From the NCBI GenBank assembly GCA_052279835.1, contig CP181291.1:3104001-3168000 (forward strand): DNA of 64,000 nt. Reading direction: 5' to 3'. Under the pieces are notes generated by a model, which did not search any database, had not been told where the DNA came from, and saw only the letters and a program-made list of their open reading frames with translations. Numbering within the stretch: position 1 is the first letter of the stretch; the number at the start of each line of letters is the position of its first letter. Shown here one piece after another: positions 20,024 to 30,596 of this stretch. This DNA is from Microcoleus sp. (GTDB lineage Bacteria > Cyanobacteriota > Cyanobacteriia > Cyanobacteriales > Microcoleaceae). Made by a program: the position numbers and the translations under genes.

Positions 20024-20676
20024 GGCTGGTGCAACTGCTGAATAAACTTTTGATAAAACTGCTCATGTGAGCCGGAAAAGTTTTCCATTCCAGTCTTTGT
20101 TAAATACCCACTCTTCTTTTGAGTATGTGGATTTTTTACATAGCTGTAAATCATTTTTTGACGCTCTGGATTCTCATGCCAGGTAATGTTGAAAGCTGCG
20201 TATTTTGGGAAAAAAGTCATTTCTGAATACGCATCAATTCGATCGTGAATCCACCAAGCTAATGCTGTCCAATCTTCTGTCTGATGGTAATAAGGAATAA
20301 AAGAAGTCACAACCACACAGGCAGTTGCACCCATATACCCATTCTGATCTCTGACATCCCAGATGTGCCCTGCATAATTATACTCATTACTGGCGCAACT
20401 ATATTGATTTTGATTTTCCGCACCTATTTTATTGACAGCACTAGCACGGAAAGCCGAACGGACGCTGATTCTACCGAGTGCATCTTGAATTGGCTCAAGC
20501 ACTTTTTCGCACAGATTTTTCCCGGCTTCAATTGCTAAATCTGGATCGTCCGGGATATTGGGAATGCTTTCAATTTGTGATATTTCCGAATACAGAAATT
20601 CACGCATAAAAAAGCTCTTTGAAAGTTGGATGCGTCCTAATTCTTCCAGAGATTTTACTGTTTGCGGTTTTCTCAT
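20005..20676 (-). CDS. Conserved hypothetical protein (N-terminus reminiscent of peptidase M15A-like fold)
   Basis: QLSKSFFMREFLYSE...NLCEKVLEPI...ISVRSAFR. Confidence 0.65.
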   Translation of the reverse strand: MRKPQTVKSLEELGRIQLSKSFFMREFLYSEISQIESIPNIPDDPDLAIEAGKNLCEKVLEPIQDALGRISVRSAFRASAVNKIGAENQNQYSCASNEYNYAGHIWDVRDQNGYMGATACVVVTSFIPYYHQTEDWTALAWWIHDRIDAYSEMTFFPKYAAFNITWHENPERQKMIYSYVKNPHTQKKSGYLTKTGMENFSGSHEQFYQKFIQQLHQPANQGL

Positions 20677-20704
20677 ATTTTTAACACAGTTTTTATATTT
20701 CGAT

Positions 20705-20989
20705 TTACCAAGTTACTCCTTTCATCTCAACTGGGAATAATTTACGCTCAGAGAGACGATCTTCATCTAATGCACGAATCAAGTATTGACCTGTTTCTTG
20801 CTGTTCTTCAATATCTTCATCGTCTATCCAAGACTGAAGCAGGTTAACAGCCTTAGCTTGTTTTTGCCTTAAAAAAACAAGACTTTTTAAAAGCTGTAAG
20901 GTCACAGATTCAATTGAAATCCCTTGTTGGTTCGCTTCCTGCAAGAGATATTGCTCAACTTCTGACGGTAGATCAAGGATTAGTGTCAT
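20705..20989 (-). CDS. Antitoxin-like small protein
   Basis: MTLILDLPSEVEQYL..EA.QQG, LLQSWID..D.EEQQET..L..ALDEDR.S.RKLFP; resembles partners of PIN toxins in cyanobacteria. Confidence 0.6.
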   Translation of the reverse strand: MTLILDLPSEVEQYLLQEANQQGISIESVTLQLLKSLVFLRQKQAKAVNLLQSWIDDEDIEEQQETGQYLIRALDEDRLSERKLFPVEMKGVTW

Positions 20990-21075
20990 AGATTTTCTTG
21001 GGTATATTCGACATATTTTAACATTCAGACTTTGTTCCCGTTAGCTATTTAAGTCTTCCATGAAGAAGGATGTAA

Positions 21076-22095
21076 TTAGCCATTGGATATGGCGACTTTC
21101 CCCACCACCTGCCGCTGTTCGAGGTGGCGAATTGCTGCGGGGACTTCGCTGAGATTGTAGCGCCGATCGATCCAGGGAACAATCTTGCCTGCCACCATCA
21201 GCTCCCTCAACGTGGCGAGATCCGCTTGATTGGGTTTTGCAGCTAGGGATTTCACTTTCTGGCGACTGATTCTCGAAATCCAAGGGCCGAGAAACATCAC
21301 CTGAAAAAATTGAGCTGTGGAACCACCAATCAAGACGTAGGTTCCTTCGGGTGTCAAGGCTGGCAGATAGTCGAACACTGAACGGTAAGCCGCCGCGTCC
21401 AGAATCAAGTCGTAATGCTGTCCATTTTGGGTCACGTCTACTTGAGTGTAATCAATAATATGATCGGCACCGATCGCACTCACCATATCCATTTTTTTCG
21501 TACTACATACAGCAGTCACCTCAGCCCCAAAAGCCTTCGCAATCTGCACTGCAAACGACCCTACACCACCAGACGCACCATTAATCAACACTTTTTGCCC
21601 CGGCTGAATCTGCCCAACATCCCGCAGTCCTTGTAGGGCTGCAAGGCCTGCGCCAGGAACGGTTGCAGCTTCTTCAAAAGTCGCGTTGACTGGCTTCATC
21701 GCCAATGCCGCTTCGGTGACACAGACATACTCGGCAAACGCGCCAAAACCACACTCGGACAAGTCTCCAAACACCTCATCACCGGGCTGAAACTGCGTCA
21801 CATCTTTGCCAATCGCTTCCACCCGTCCAGCCATATCACAACCGAGGATCTTAATTTTGGGCTTGATTAGACCCCCGAAAATCAGGCGGATGAAGAACGG
21901 CGTACCCCTCATCAGATGCCAGTCCGCAGCATTGATGGAGGCCGCGTGAACCCTCACCAGTACGCCATTGTCTGGTACGACTGGCTTGTCAACCTCTTCC
22001 AGTCTCAACACATCCGCTGAACCATATTCAGTTTGAACGATCGCTCTCATTTGGCGATCGGCTTGGACAGGGGCAAGGGTGTTTGCTGTTTTCAT
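21076..22095 (-). CDS. NAD(P)-dependent MDR-family oxidoreductase (quinone reductase/alcohol dehydrogenase-like)
   Basis: VHAASINAADW, VLINGASGGVGSFAVQIAK Rossmann motif. Confidence 0.92.
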   Translation of the reverse strand: MKTANTLAPVQADRQMRAIVQTEYGSADVLRLEEVDKPVVPDNGVLVRVHAASINAADWHLMRGTPFFIRLIFGGLIKPKIKILGCDMAGRVEAIGKDVTQFQPGDEVFGDLSECGFGAFAEYVCVTEAALAMKPVNATFEEAATVPGAGLAALQGLRDVGQIQPGQKVLINGASGGVGSFAVQIAKAFGAEVTAVCSTKKMDMVSAIGADHIIDYTQVDVTQNGQHYDLILDAAAYRSVFDYLPALTPEGTYVLIGGSTAQFFQVMFLGPWISRISRQKVKSLAAKPNQADLATLRELMVAGKIVPWIDRRYNLSEVPAAIRHLEQRQVVGKVAISNG

Positions 22096-22158
22096 GGCTT
22101 TTCTCTCAAATTGGGGCAGAAACTGAATCAAGAGCGAGCCAAGCCTCTATCGCTTTGG

Positions 22159-22197
22159 CTTACACTGTAAGTCTAACTTACGCCGTAAGTTTGTCAA
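22159..22197 (-). promoter_or_regulatory. Tandem TetR-type operators overlapping a sigma70-like promoter
   Basis: CTTAC-N3-GTAAG at 22159-22171 and 22177-22189; TTGACA (22197-22192), 16-bp spacer, TAGACT on the minus strand. Confidence 0.7.
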
Positions 22198-22236
22198 GAT
22201 GAATAGTAAACTTAGCGTTTAGAAAACGATAATTTT

Positions 22237-22329
22237 GTAGGGGTAGTGCCAAGAGTGCCTACCCTCCTCTCCTCCACGATTTTGTATGTGTTTCAGGGAT
22301 TGGGGCAACCACGGGGGGATTGCCCCTAC
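22237..22329. repeat. GTAG-type REP doublet
   Basis: GTAGGGGTAGTGCC...CCTACCC and GGGGCAACCACGGGGGGATTGCCCCTAC in inverted arrangement. Confidence 0.65.
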
Positions 22330-22403
22330 AAGAGAATGAAACCCGCCCTGCTCTAGAAATGGGCTTTGCTTTGTCCGTTAGGAATCGATTTGAGAAAAGT
22401 TAA

Positions 22404-23072
22404 ATGGCTAAGACGATCGACTCAGATACCGCGCCCCAAGTCCCTTTAAGTCGGGAACGAGTGCTGCGCGCGGCGATACGCATGGCTGACGAGGGTGGCA
22501 TTGACTCCCTCTCGATGCGGAAGCTGGCTCAGGAGTTGGGCGTTCAGGCGATGTCGCTGTATAACCACGTAGCGAACAAGGATGACATACTGGATGGCAT
22601 CGTCGATATGGTTGCCAGCGAGATTGAGGTGCCGAATCTTGGTGTTGACTGGAAGACGGCCATGCGACGGCGGGCGACTTCTGCCCATGAGGTGCTGGTG
22701 CGTCATCCCTGGGCGACAATGGCGATCGTGTCACGGGCGAATGTGGGGCCCGCGATGTTGCGCTATGTGGATGGGACGCTGGGCTGTCTATGCGAGGCGG
22801 GCTTTTCGCTGGAGATGGCCGATCGCGTGTGGAATGCGATCGACAGTCACATCTATGGATTCACCCTTCAAGAGCTCAACTTTCCCTTCGAGGCGACGGA
22901 GTATTCCCAAGTGGCGCAAACCGGACTTTCACTCATCCCCGCTGACAAATACCCTTACCTCAACAGGCTCACGCATTACGTCATAGAGGGTCGTTATAAC
23001 GGTATTCATGATTTCGACTTCGGGCTAGAATTGCTCCTCAACAGCCTCGATAAATTTCGAGACAAGGTTTGA
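22404..23072 (+). CDS. TetR/AcrR family regulator with TetR_C domain
   Basis: LSRERVLRAA..MADEGGIDSLSMRKLAQELGV.AMSLYNHV.NKDD; FDFGLELLL. Confidence 0.93.
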   Translation: MAKTIDSDTAPQVPLSRERVLRAAIRMADEGGIDSLSMRKLAQELGVQAMSLYNHVANKDDILDGIVDMVASEIEVPNLGVDWKTAMRRRATSAHEVLVRHPWATMAIVSRANVGPAMLRYVDGTLGCLCEAGFSLEMADRVWNAIDSHIYGFTLQELNFPFEATEYSQVAQTGLSLIPADKYPYLNRLTHYVIEGRYNGIHDFDFGLELLLNSLDKFRDKV

Positions 23073-23486
23073 TTATCGAAACTTTCGGTCAGACTCTTGA
23101 ATTAGCACATCATTAATACTAGCTTCACGTCTTCGCATCAACCCATTTTCGGCAAATTCCCACTGTTCGTTACCATAGGCGCGATACCAGTAGCCAGAAT
23201 CATCATGCCACTCATATTCAAAGCGCACAGAAATCCGATTGTCTGTAAAACTCCATAGTTCTTTTTTCAAACGATAGTCTAATTCTTTTGCCCATTTGCG
23301 TTTTAAGAAAGCTTTGATTTCTGCTCTTCCACTAAAAAATTCGGCGCGATTTCGCCACTGTGAATCTTCGGTGTAAGCTAAGGCTACTCGTTCTGGATCG
23401 CGACTATTCCAAGCATCTTCTGCGGCTTGAACTTTTGCTTTAGCTGTTTCTAAGGTAAAAGGTGGTAGAGGTGGTTTAGTTTCCAT
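23073..23486 (-). CDS. DUF1348 / NTF2-like protein
   Basis: [44 protein letters not shown]. Confidence 0.9.
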   Translation of the reverse strand: METKPPLPPFTLETAKAKVQAAEDAWNSRDPERVALAYTEDSQWRNRAEFFSGRAEIKAFLKRKWAKELDYRLKKELWSFTDNRISVRFEYEWHDDSGYWYRAYGNEQWEFAENGLMRRREASINDVLIQESDRKFR

Positions 23487-23539
23487 GTCGATTTAGATAG
23501 AGGATATAGTGCCAGTTACTCACGTAGAATACACTTGGG

Positions 23540-24208
23540 TTAAGGGAAAACAAGGCATTCATTACCAGATTCCCATTTCGGATATTTAGGCATAATCCTA
23601 GTGTAAATTTCGGAGTCTACAAACTCGGTTAACCAAGACTGTAAGTCTGGCAAAGACTGTTGATTAAACCATTCTATATCCGTATTAGCAAATTGACGAA
23701 CAAAAGGGGCGATCGCCCTATCTGCCAACGCCACACGATTCCCAAACAAATATCTGGTCTCCCTCAACCGTGAGTTGAGTAATTCCAGATATAAATAACC
23801 TTCTGTTCGATGAACAATTGCATCAGTATTTTCATAACGATTCGGGTATTTATAACGGTCGAGATTATATTTGAAACCCCGATCGCATTTATCGATTAAT
23901 TCCAGCATTTGCTCAACAGAACCTTGCTCTGGCGTTAACCATTGTTCAGGATCGTGTTGCTCCAGAGCCCAAAACATGATGTCAATACTTTCCTCTAATA
24001 CCCGTCCATCGCGATCGACCAATACTGGCACTGTACCTTTGGGAGATACATCCAACATTTCCTGGGGTTTATCGCGCAAGACAACCTCCCTTAATTCACA
24101 CACTATCCCGCTTGCAACCACAGCCAAGCGCGCCCGCATCGCATAGGGACAGCGGCGAAAAGAATACAAAATTGGGTAATTTGAAATACCTTCAGTTGGT
24201 GCTATCAT
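23540..24208 (-). CDS. Glutathione S-transferase family protein
   Basis: [36 protein letters not shown]. Confidence 0.9.
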   Translation of the reverse strand: MIAPTEGISNYPILYSFRRCPYAMRARLAVVASGIVCELREVVLRDKPQEMLDVSPKGTVPVLVDRDGRVLEESIDIMFWALEQHDPEQWLTPEQGSVEQMLELIDKCDRGFKYNLDRYKYPNRYENTDAIVHRTEGYLYLELLNSRLRETRYLFGNRVALADRAIAPFVRQFANTDIEWFNQQSLPDLQSWLTEFVDSEIYTRIMPKYPKWESGNECLVFP

Positions 24209-25139
24209 CGGGTTTTTCCTGAGCATGATAACGCGCACCAATATGTTTTTGGTCGCGACTCTTAGCCAACTCAATCTGACGTTGCCGTTCCGATAAACTT
24301 TGTTTCTGTGCTTCCGTTTTTGTACCATAGCAATGAGGACAACTCATCCCTAATACAAATAATTCCGAAGCTCGATCTTCCTGACTAATCGGGTGGCGGC
24401 AAGCGCGACAAAGTTCATAGTCACCGGGCTTTAATCCATGACCAACTGTCACACGTTCATCAAACACAAAACATTCGCCTTCCCAACGACTTTCCGCTTC
24501 CGGGACAGTTTCTAAATATTTCAAAATTCCGCCTTCTAGGTGATAGACTTCATCAAAACCTACCTTACGTAAAAAAGCAGTAGATTTCTCGCACCGAATC
24601 CCACCTGTGCAGAACATCGCTACCTTGGGTTTTTCCCGTAACGCCGTTTCTTTAAGTACCCATTCTGGTAATTCGGAAAAGCTTTTTGTTTTAGGATCGA
24701 TCGCACCTTTAAAAGTGCCGATCGATACTTCGTAGTCATTACGCACATCAACTACGACAACATCAGGATCGTCAAGCAGTTTGTTCCATTCTTCGGGCTT
24801 GACATATTGACCAGCCATCTGGTTAGGATTAATATCAGGTACACCCATCGTGACAATTTCCCGCTTCAAGCGTACCTTGAGGCGATAAAACGGTAATTTT
24901 TCTGAGTAGGATTCCTTGTGTACCAAATCCGCAAAACGGCTGTCACTTCGCAGGAATGCCAGCACTGCATAGATGCTTTCGGGTGCACCTGCGATCGTCC
25001 CATTGATGCCTTCTTGGGCAAGCAGAATAGTACCAACGACTTGATTTGCCTCGCAGCAGGCGAGCAGCGGTGCTCTGAGCTCGGCAAAATCCGATAATTC
25101 AACGAACTTATATAATGCAGCGGTTAAGAATTCAGCCAT
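24192..25139 (-). CDS. trhO: tRNA uridine(34) hydroxylase (rhodanese domain, UPF0176)
   Basis: [43 protein letters not shown]. Confidence 0.92.
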   Translation of the reverse strand: MAEFLTAALYKFVELSDFAELRAPLLACCEANQVVGTILLAQEGINGTIAGAPESIYAVLAFLRSDSRFADLVHKESYSEKLPFYRLKVRLKREIVTMGVPDINPNQMAGQYVKPEEWNKLLDDPDVVVVDVRNDYEVSIGTFKGAIDPKTKSFSELPEWVLKETALREKPKVAMFCTGGIRCEKSTAFLRKVGFDEVYHLEGGILKYLETVPEAESRWEGECFVFDERVTVGHGLKPGDYELCRACRHPISQEDRASELFVLGMSCPHCYGTKTEAQKQSLSERQRQIELAKSRDQKHIGARYHAQEKPDDSTN

Positions 25140-25232
25140 CTATCTTAGTATTTATTTCAACTGAAAAAACAAATCACTCCTAGCATCATATCATCCCCGG
25201 TCTGTGGTTAGGCGCTCTTTTTTAAACTAAAT

Positions 25233-27452
25233 TTAATTTGACAAATCATTTGAGCGGACTCTAATATTTTGAGGGAGTACGATCGCAAATTCCGTACCTG
25301 CTCCTGGTGTAGAAGTGCAAATCAAATCTCCTTGATGTTTATCTCGCACAATCTGATAAGCTATCGACAATCCTAATCCTGTACCTTTTCCTACAGGTTT
25401 TGTGGTAAAAAAGGGATCGAATATCTTAGATATTAAATTTTCTTTTATGCCCAACCCATTATCTCTAATTCTGACTATCGCCAAATTTTCGGGGGTCATT
25501 TCCGTAGAAATTACAATAGTTGGGTTACTATTGATATAATCCATCTTGGATTCTTGAACAGCGTCGATCGCATTACTCAAAATATTCATAAAAACTTGGT
25601 TTAACAAACCAGGATAACACTCTACTTTTGATAAAATGCCATAGTTTTTAATCACTTCAATTGCAGGTTTTTGCTCAGTCGCTCTCAAACGATGTTGTAA
25701 AATCATCAGAGTGCTTTCCAAACCAGAGCGCAGGTCAACTGGTTTCAATTCTGATTCGTCTAGTCGAGAAAAGTTTCGCAAATTCAGCACAATATCTGTG
25801 ATGCGATTCGTTCCTTCTTGCATGGAATCCATAATTTTTTGTAAGTCCTCTTTCACGAAATCTAAATCGCAATTTGCTAAAGATTTGTGAAGTTCAGGCG
25901 TAGGACTAGGATAGTGTTTTTCGTAAAGATTAATTATTTCTAGCAGTTCTTCAATATATTCTTTAGTACAGGTGATGTTACCATGAATAAAGTTGACTGG
26001 ATTGTTAATTTCATGGGCAATGCCTGCCACCATTTGCCCTAAACTAGACATTTTTTCAGTTTGGACTAATTGGGATTGAGTTGTTTGGAGGTTGTAAAGA
26101 GCTTCCGAAAGTTCTTTGGTGCGTTGTTCTACTCTATTTTCTAATTGTTCATTAGTGGTTTTGAGAGTTATGAAATATTCCCGCAGCCGCTCTGCCATCC
26201 TGTTGAAAGAAGTGGCTAAAATTCCTATTTCTGTAATGCTCGATCCAGGCACGTTTTGATCTAATTCTCCCGCAGCGATCGCTTGGGACGCGGTGACAAT
26301 CCGAAAGATAGATTGGATAATGCGGCGAGAGGTACAAATCCCCAAGGAAACTGCTACTAACAATGCTCCCGCACACAGCCCAATTGTAGTGCGAGTATTG
26401 GCGTTAATTTGTTCTGTAAAGTCAGATTCGGGAACGACAACTACTACTAGCCAGTCTAAACCAAATTTATCCTGCCAAGGTGCTGTACGGACAAATTGGC
26501 GACGACCTTTATCGGTAAATTGTAAGTTATGATTTTCTGTGATTTCCCGAAAACTTCCAAAGGTTTTATTCAAATAAGTAGCTGTGGATTTAATTAAAGT
26601 TTCGCTACTATTTACAGCATTAATTCTCTCGGCTTTTTTGTTAGTTATTTTAAAAGGATGTTCCTGAGACGAACTCGCTACCAGCATACCGTCGCGCTCT
26701 ACAATAAAAATTTTACCGGAAGAACTAACTGCTATTTTTCGCAGATAATCACTGATTTGAGAAAGGCGGATATCAACAACCAAAACACCTTGTAAACTGT
26801 TATTATTGTAGATGGGATAGCCAGAAGCAATAGATAAAATTTCGGGAAAACCTTCCCAATTAGTAATTTTACTCCAAATCGGTTTCCTCGAACGGATGGC
26901 TTGTTTATACACCAGATCGTTCCGAGGCTCGTAATCATATACATATTCCAAATGAATGCGATTTCCTTGCCCATCTGTATGGTAACTGTGAGTTTTACCT
27001 TTAGTCTTGGCTGAAAGTTCATCAATAGCTATTTTTCCAGGATCGAGGAAATATCCAGAACCAACATAGTTACCTTGGGCTGAACTGTAGAAGATGTACC
27101 CAACATTAAATACCTGCATTTCTTTCCAAAAAAAATGTCCTACTTTAGGAAAGTTTTGTAAGTCTAATTGTCCTAATTTAATAGCATCGGCATTAATTTG
27201 ATTGATTTGTTGAGGTGTTGCTAAATAGGTGTCTAGGTGCTGATGGATGCGATCGCTAACTTCGTTGCTGAGTCGATTGGCTAAGTCGTTAATGGCTTTT
27301 TGTCCGTTGCGGAATGATAAATATCCCGTTAAGCCTACGGCGGCGAAGATTTGTAGGACAAAGGGAACGATCAGGAGGGTTTGCAGGGATAATTTTCGGT
27401 TCGCTGGATTGGAAAAAGGAAGTTTCGTCAAAATTGTGGTCGGTTTTACCAT
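25233..27452 (-). CDS. Membrane sensor histidine kinase (Cache-HAMP-HisKA-HATPase)
   Basis: EKMSSLGQMVAGIAHEINNP, NQVFMNILSNAIDA, DPFFTTKPVGKGTGLGL. Confidence 0.93.
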   Translation of the reverse strand: MVKPTTILTKLPFSNPANRKLSLQTLLIVPFVLQIFAAVGLTGYLSFRNGQKAINDLANRLSNEVSDRIHQHLDTYLATPQQINQINADAIKLGQLDLQNFPKVGHFFWKEMQVFNVGYIFYSSAQGNYVGSGYFLDPGKIAIDELSAKTKGKTHSYHTDGQGNRIHLEYVYDYEPRNDLVYKQAIRSRKPIWSKITNWEGFPEILSIASGYPIYNNNSLQGVLVVDIRLSQISDYLRKIAVSSSGKIFIVERDGMLVASSSQEHPFKITNKKAERINAVNSSETLIKSTATYLNKTFGSFREITENHNLQFTDKGRRQFVRTAPWQDKFGLDWLVVVVVPESDFTEQINANTRTTIGLCAGALLVAVSLGICTSRRIIQSIFRIVTASQAIAAGELDQNVPGSSITEIGILATSFNRMAERLREYFITLKTTNEQLENRVEQRTKELSEALYNLQTTQSQLVQTEKMSSLGQMVAGIAHEINNPVNFIHGNITCTKEYIEELLEIINLYEKHYPSPTPELHKSLANCDLDFVKEDLQKIMDSMQEGTNRITDIVLNLRNFSRLDESELKPVDLRSGLESTLMILQHRLRATEQKPAIEVIKNYGILSKVECYPGLLNQVFMNILSNAIDAVQESKMDYINSNPTIVISTEMTPENLAIVRIRDNGLGIKENLISKIFDPFFTTKPVGKGTGLGLSIAYQIVRDKHQGDLICTSTPGAGTEFAIVLPQNIRVRSNDLSN

Positions 27453-27757
27453 GGGCTGTATATCGGAAGTTTTGCGATCGCAGAAATAGAGGATTATCGC
27501 CAAGTAACATCATCCTCTATGTAGCCATGATATGCTATTTGTCCCCCAAGACGATTGATTATCCCTAATTTTTATGACTTTTTGATAAATTCTAGATTCT
27601 TGACTACTATAATACTATCATTGTCAGTCCGCACCGACCAATAGCTGCGACATCAATCAACATCTCCCATAATTCCTGTGGAACAGGCCTCAAGAACCTG
27701 TTCTTGACTATCTTTGTGGGAGACATCAATATTCCTAACTTACTAAAATTAACAGTT

Positions 27758-28534
27758 ATGTGCCAATTACTAGGAATGAACTGTAATGTTCCCACAGATA
27801 TTTGCTTTTCTTTTGAAGGTTTTTCGGCCAGGGGTGGCAAAACAGACATTCATCAAGATGGTTGGGGAATCGCTTTCTTTGAGGGTTTAGGATGCCGCAT
27901 TTTTATAGATTCTAAACCTGCCATTAGTTCTCCAGTGGCTGATTTAGTGCGTCGCTATCCAATTCATTCAACTAACGTGATCGCTCACATCCGTAAAGCT
28001 ACTCAAGGTGACATAGTTCTGGAAAATTGCCATCCTTTTGGGCGGGAACTTTGGGGGCGCTATTGGGTGTTTGCTCACAACGGAAATCTGGAAAATTTTA
28101 ATCCTGAAAGTGCTGGGTTTTACAAGCCTGTGGGTAAAACTGACAGTGAAAAAGCGTTTTGTTTGATATTGGAAAAATTGCGATCGACTTTTCCTGAATA
28201 TAAGCCGGATTTAACTGAACTTTACCCGGTCTTGAATGAAATTACTAAAAGTTTAGCAGAGTACGGAATTTTTAATTATTTACTTTCCGATGGAGAACAT
28301 TTGTTTGTGCATTGTTCTACCAACTTGCATTATATTGTGAGACAAGCACCTTTTGCTAGCGCCCACTCGATCGATGAAGATGTGACTGTGGATTTTCGGG
28401 AATTGACCAACGAGGGCGATCGCGTGGCAGTAATTGCTACTTTACCACTTACGGATAATGAAGTTTGGACGAAGATTCAGCCGGGAGAATTGCTGGTATT
28501 TCATGAGGGTTTACCAATCAATTTTGAAAGATAA
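27758..28534 (+). CDS. Class II glutamine amidotransferase (YafJ family)
   Basis: MCQLLGMN N-terminal Cys, HQDGWG, AHIRKAT, FAHNG, TDSE. Confidence 0.92.
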   Translation: MCQLLGMNCNVPTDICFSFEGFSARGGKTDIHQDGWGIAFFEGLGCRIFIDSKPAISSPVADLVRRYPIHSTNVIAHIRKATQGDIVLENCHPFGRELWGRYWVFAHNGNLENFNPESAGFYKPVGKTDSEKAFCLILEKLRSTFPEYKPDLTELYPVLNEITKSLAEYGIFNYLLSDGEHLFVHCSTNLHYIVRQAPFASAHSIDEDVTVDFRELTNEGDRVAVIATLPLTDNEVWTKIQPGELLVFHEGLPINFER

Positions 28535-28673
28535 ATAGCCTACCAGATTTAGTTTTGTAAATAGGTGAGGGGCGATCGCCTTTGGATAATATCATGACTC
28601 TAGGTCTATCTGCACTTGTGGGCGATCGCAAATAACTTCCAGGTAGCGTCGCAACAGTATTCTTGATGATTAA

Positions 28674-29030
28674 CTACTCATCAACAGTCATATCTTCAAA
28701 CAAAATAGGTTCAATTCGTTTCAATACTTCCTTAAGCAAATCTTCTGAACATTCACCAAGAAAACTTGCTTGCCTTGCGCGAGCATCTAAAGAACGGAGT
28801 TGATCTGTCATAATTACACCTGTCACCGCCTTACATTCTGGAATGGGAACATAAAACGGATTTTTGCGTTGCGTGGTGCTAATGGGACAGACAAACACAA
28901 ACCCCATTTTTCGGTTAAATTTAGTTTGACTCACAACCAGTGCAGGTCTAGTACCCATTTGTTCGTGTCCTGCTTGAGGATCGAAATTGAGACGAATGAA
29001 ATGACCTGGTTCGGGGATATAGTTTACTAA
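28674..29030 (-). CDS. mazF: MazF/PemK family toxin (canonical start codon apparently lost)
   Basis: YIPEPG..I.LNFDPQAGHEQ.G.RPALVVS, CPIST, DQLRSLD. Confidence 0.85.
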   Translation of the reverse strand, partial: LVNYIPEPGHFIRLNFDPQAGHEQMGTRPALVVSQTKFNRKMGFVFVCPISTTQRKNPFYVPIPECKAVTGVIMTDQLRSLDARARQASFLGECSEDLLKEVLKRIEPILFEDMTVDE

Positions 29031-29272
29031 ACTTCTTCTCCTTCTGGTTTTCCCCAAGAGATTTCTTCGCTGGGTTCTATTTCGCCTGCTAATAGTTCAT
29101 CTAGGGTATATTTGGAAATTTTCTGATTTACAGGCTCTATGACCATTTTTCCATTTTCTATAGTCCAAATTACGGAATCATCTGCTTTCAGGTTGAAAAG
29201 TTTTACAATATAGTCTGGTATTGGCAAAGCTAAGGAATTACCCAAGTTGCTGAGGTGTATTTTTGCTGTCAT
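29027..29272 (-). CDS. mazE: MazE/AbrB family antitoxin
   Basis: LGNSLALPIP, YTLDELL, EISWGKPEGEEV. Confidence 0.88.
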   Translation of the reverse strand: MTAKIHLSNLGNSLALPIPDYIVKLFNLKADDSVIWTIENGKMVIEPVNQKISKYTLDELLAGEIEPSEEISWGKPEGEEV

Positions 29273-29349
29273 ACATTTGCGATTTGAATGCTTAGGTTTA
29301 TCTATTATAACAGCTAGATAAGGTTGGGCGCGATCGCGCGCAGGGGTTC

Positions 29350-29450
29350 AGAAACCGGGTTTCTTCGGAAAATCTCGTGGGGAGGCGTCAATTGTCGCAG
29401 AAACCCGGTTTCTTGGATTTCGCGGGGGGACTCAGAAACCGAGTTGCTTC
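29350..29450. repeat. REPIN-like unit (1 full + partial arm)
   Basis: AGAAACCGGGTTTCT-N34-AGAAACCCGGTTTCT at 29350-29413. Confidence 0.85.
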
Positions 29451-29522
29451 ACAAACCCGATCAACTATATACTTAGTTAAAGTCCGTTTGATTAACTTGG
29501 GATACTCAGTTAGTTTGTCCAT

Positions 29523-29823
29523 TCACTCAGAGAATAACTCTTCTAAATCTCGGTAGCCGCTAACAACGCGCAGAACTTCAATTCCTGCTTCGATCGGACT
29601 GTAGAAAATGAGGTAATCGTCGATCGGAAAACTCCGTACATTTTCCATTAACTCATCCCGATTGCGTCCCAGAAGGAGGAAACTTCGAGAGAGTTTGACA
29701 CTTATTGTTAATTCTGTCCAGAAAGCTTTCTGCTGCATCAAAACCGCTGCGATCGGCAATATAGTCCATAATGCTTTCTATATCCCGACTTGCCGGAACT
29801 GTAAATCTACAAATCTGATTCAT
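29523..29823 (-). pseudogene. ParE/RelE family toxin with +1 frameshift near 29668
   Basis: MNQICRFTVPASRDIESIMDYIA...RINNKCQTLSKFP in one frame, GRNRDEL..VRSFP..YLIFY..IEVLRVVSG.RDL in another; ATG overlaps antitoxin stop. Confidence 0.8.
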
Positions 29824-30074
29824 CTATCTGCTTGTGTTCGACGTTGTTGTAGCTTTAAGCGCAAACTCCGAAACATATCTTCAGCATCAATTACTTCACC
29901 TCGATCGGCCGCATCCATTCCCCGACGAATTTCTTGCTGGAGTTCTTTGAATCGTCCTTTATAGATATGTTCCCATTTATCGGACTGCAAGAGTTTGATG
30001 AAAGCTAAGACTTCTTGTTGCTGGTCTGGCGATAAGACCTTCACGTTTTCCAAAATGGCTTGTTCGACGGTCAT
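29820..30074 (-). CDS. ParD-like antitoxin
   Basis: ELQQEIRRGMDAADRGEVIDAEDMFRSLR C-terminus; coupled to the parE-like gene. Confidence 0.75.
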   Translation of the reverse strand: MTVEQAILENVKVLSPDQQQEVLAFIKLLQSDKWEHIYKGRFKELQQEIRRGMDAADRGEVIDAEDMFRSLRLKLQQRRTQADR

Positions 30075-30180
30075 AATTATCCCTTTTTTTCGATCGCTAT
30101 TTTACAATCTAGTAACAATATTATATCAAATTGGTGGGGCAACAGCCATTCGGGGTTTTGGAGGCTGTTGGTGGGGGTTC

Positions 30181-30514
30181 AGAAACCGGGTTTCTTCCTA
30201 TATCTTGGTGGGGATTCGGAGATTGTCGCAGAAACCCGGTTTCTTGGATTAGGCGCGGAGGCCTGAGAAACCGGGTTTCTTCCTAAATTTCGGTATCCTC
30301 ACCAAGATTGTCGCAGAAACCCGGTTTCTTGGATTTTGGGGTTGTTGGTGGGGGGTGAGAAACCGGGTTTCTTCCTATATCTTGGTGGGGATTCGGAGAT
30401 TGTCGCAGAAACCCGGTTTCTTGGATTTTGGAGGCTGTTGGTGGGGGGTGAGAAACCGGGTTTCTTCCTAAATCTGGGTGGGGATTCGGAGATTGTCGCA
30501 GAAACCCGGTTTCT
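30181..30514. repeat. REPIN-like array, 4 units
   Basis: Units start at 30181, 30266, 30358, 30451. Confidence 0.9.
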
Positions 30515-30596
30515 TGGATTTCGCGGGAAGTCGAAGCAGGTTTCATGGTTTTGGGCTTTGTTCTAAATCTTTATGAAATCCTGAAACGCTTAAATG

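Noticed and set aside
29995..30566. ORFs with KPGF/RNPVS/ETGFL peptides (also 32770-33042 and 33534-34133)
   Set aside because: Translations of the repeat arrays in several frames, not genes
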